From NCBI RefSeq assembly GCF_018881815.1, contig NZ_JACVPP010000001.1:408979-431351 (forward strand): a DNA stretch of 22,373 bases. Direction: 5' to 3'. Origin of the DNA: Polynucleobacter sp. MWH-HuK1 (GTDB taxonomy: Bacteria > Pseudomonadota > Gammaproteobacteria > Burkholderiales > Burkholderiaceae). Shown here piece after piece: positions 20,801-22,373 of this stretch. Under the pieces are notes generated by a model that was not told where the DNA came from, did not search any database, and was given only the letters and a program-made list of their open reading frames with translations. Position numbers and translations under genes: made by a program. Numbering within the stretch: position 1 is the first letter of the stretch; every line of letters starts with the position of its first letter.

Positions 20801-22373
20801 TTAGCCTGCTAAATCCGACTGATAAATTAGGCCGGCATGCTCTCTCAAGGCATGGAATTGAATCGATTCCCAGCGTTGTTGAGCGACATCTAATTCCGAT
20901 TTATGTGATGCTAAGAAAACGGCTGCGCCTACAACATCTTCGGCCATGCGATGAATGTTTTCTTGAGTAAATTTCTTTAGTGCAACAGGGTCATCTGAGC
21001 TAACCCAGCGGGCTAAGCTATAGCGAGCTGGTAATAGGCGCACCTCTGCGCCATATTCAGTTTGTAGTCGGTGACTAACTACTTCAAATTGGAGCTGGCC
21101 AAATGCGCCCAGCAGCATCGTGCCGCCAGTCATTGGTCTAAAGACTTGAATGGCACCTTCTTCGCCTAATTGCATCAGACCAGTTCGCAATTGTTTCGAA
21201 CGCAGTGGATCTGCAGACTCAACCATGCGGAAAATTTCAGGCGCAAAAAATGGCAAACCGGTGAACTGAAGCTGCTCTCCCTCGGTTAATGTGTCGCCAA
21301 GGCGAAGCAAGCCATGATTAGGCAGGCCAATGATGTCGCCAGGAAAAGCTTCATCCAAAATATCGCGTCTTTGTGACAAGAAGGAAAGCGCATTATTGGT
21401 GCGCACCTCTTTGCCATTGCGACATATCTTGAGTTTCATGCCGCGCTGAAAATGACCAGAGCAGATTCTTAAAAATGCCACTCGGTCGCGATGTGCTGGA
21501 TCCATGTTGGCCTGAATCTTGAATACGACTGCCGAGAATTTGTTTTCTGCGGGGCTCACTTCGCGTTGTAATGCTTTGCGTGAGCCTGGCGAAGGTGCTA
21601 ATTCAACTAGTGTGTTCAGAATCTCACGCACACCAAAGTTATTGATTGCGGAGCCAAAGAAGACTGGAGACTGACGCCCGGCCAAAAAAGCTTCTAAATC
21701 AAATGCAGGCATCGCTTCTTTAATGAGCTCGACTTCAGCCAAAGCATTTTCTAAATCAGTGCCCAGGCGCTCTTTAAGGGCTGGATCATTCACATCAACT
21801 ACCGCATGGGAGTCTTCGGTAACACGATCTTCGCCTGCTTTGAACATGCGCATGCGCATATTAGCAATATCGATCACACCAGCAAAAGATTTGCCCATGC
21901 CAACTGGCCAAGTAAATGGAACCACTTCAATGCCGAGAGCGGTTTCGATCTCGTCCATGAGTTCCATCGGCGGTTTTACCTCACGATCCATCTTGTTGAT
22001 GAAGGTGACAATAGGCGTATTGCGTGCACGGCATACTTCCAGTAAGCGTAATGTTTGAGATTCAACGCCATTAGCGGCATCAATCACCATCAGGGCAGAG
22101 TCAACGGCGGTTAATACCCGGTAAGTGTCTTCCGAGAAATCTTGGTGACCCGGAGTGTCTAATAAGTTAATGATGCAATCACGATATTCCATCTGCATCA
22201 CAGAGCTTGCTACAGAAATGCCCCGCTGCTTTTCAATCTCCATCCAGTCAGAGGTTGCATGACGACTTGCTTTGCGAGCTTTAACGCTGCCAGCAATTTG
22301 AATAGCGCCCGCATAGAGCAGCAATTTTTCAGTCAGCGTAGTTTTGCCCGCATCTGGGTGAGAGATGATGGCA
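20801..22373 (-). CDS. prfC: Peptide chain release factor 3, 5'-truncated by the window edge
   Basis: GTPase motifs DTPGHQDF and NKMD are present. Upstream of the track's Met, the frame continues as AIISHPDAGKTTLTEKLLL (P-loop) to base 22373. Confidence 0.9.
   Translation of the reverse strand, partial: AIISHPDAGKTTLTEKLLLYAGAIQIAGSVKARKASRHATSDWMEIEKQRGISVASSVMQMEYRDCIINLLDTPGHQDFSEDTYRVLTAVDSALMVIDAANGVESQTLRLLEVCRARNTPIVTFINKMDREVKPPMELMDEIETALGIEVVPFTWPVGMGKSFAGVIDIANMRMRMFKAGEDRVTEDSHAVVDVNDPALKERLGTDLENALAEVELIKEAMPAFDLEAFLAGRQSPVFFGSAINNFGVREILNTLVELAPSPGSRKALQREVSPAENKFSAVVFKIQANMDPAHRDRVAFLRICSGHFQRGMKLKICRNGKEVRTNNALSFLSQRRDILDEAFPGDIIGLPNHGLLRLGDTLTEGEQLQFTGLPFFAPEIFRMVESADPLRSKQLRTGLMQLGEEGAIQVFRPMTGGTMLLGAFGQLQFEVVSHRLQTEYGAEVRLLPARYSLARWVSSDDPVALKKFTQENIHRMAEDVVGAAVFLASHKSELDVAQQRWESIQFHALREHAGLIYQSDLAG

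Noticed and set aside
14852-22058. ORFs 14852-15034, 16622-16909, 17960-18205, 18004-18231, 18899-19099, 19377-19574, 21723-22058 and 21806-22045
   Set aside because: They are embedded, antisense or off-frame, within the HAD, TauE, histidine phosphatase, MOSC, EamA and prfC genes.
1-22373. CRISPR arrays, rRNA, IS elements with terminal inverted repeats, retron/DGR reverse transcriptase
   Set aside because: I saw no regularly spaced direct repeats with unique spacers, no rRNA-like segments, and no transposase or reverse-transcriptase motifs in any listed ORF.

Overview
Low-GC proteobacterial chromosome segment. My guess is a freshwater Burkholderiales or Polynucleobacter-like genome, based only on composition and gene content. 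Left part (1-4132): a partial ArsR regulator divergent from an exported-protein / rhodanese / SAM-methyltransferase / DUF4395-like cluster, then an MFS transporter. Middle (about 4136-13200): a roughly 9 kb integrative element. It carries a 424-aa tyrosine integrase, a second catalytic-domain-only 188-aa tyrosine recombinase, a clamp-loader-like AAA+ ATPase operon and several proteins I cannot place. It also holds a 960-bp ORF-free stretch and a 15-19 bp palindrome (GTCGTTT-N-AAACGAC) present at least 6 times. Right part (13154-22373): a tRNA-like remnant, an orphan BrnA-type antitoxin, housekeeping or accessory single genes (DUF486/DMT, peroxiredoxin, haloacid dehalogenase, MAPEG, TauE), a tandem glycine riboswitch in front of a 63-aa ORF, a histidine phosphatase-GNAT-MOSC operon, an EamA transporter, small membrane and lipoproteins, and a 5'-truncated prfC. 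Four things deserve follow-up. (1) A family of about 75-80 bp modules (degenerate 3' half of a tRNA, spacer, hairpin and T-run) starts 0-10 nt after the stop codon of single genes, giving a cassette-array look. (2) The island-specific palindrome occurs at both island ends, inside three CDSs and at gene ends. (3) A FimB/FimE-sized recombinase sits next to the ORF-free 960 bp, which is bracketed by a 9-bp inverted repeat. (4) The clamp-loader-like AAA+ three-gene module has unknown partners. No CRISPR array, rRNA or intact tRNA was seen. All family names come from motif recognition by eye; no searches were run.
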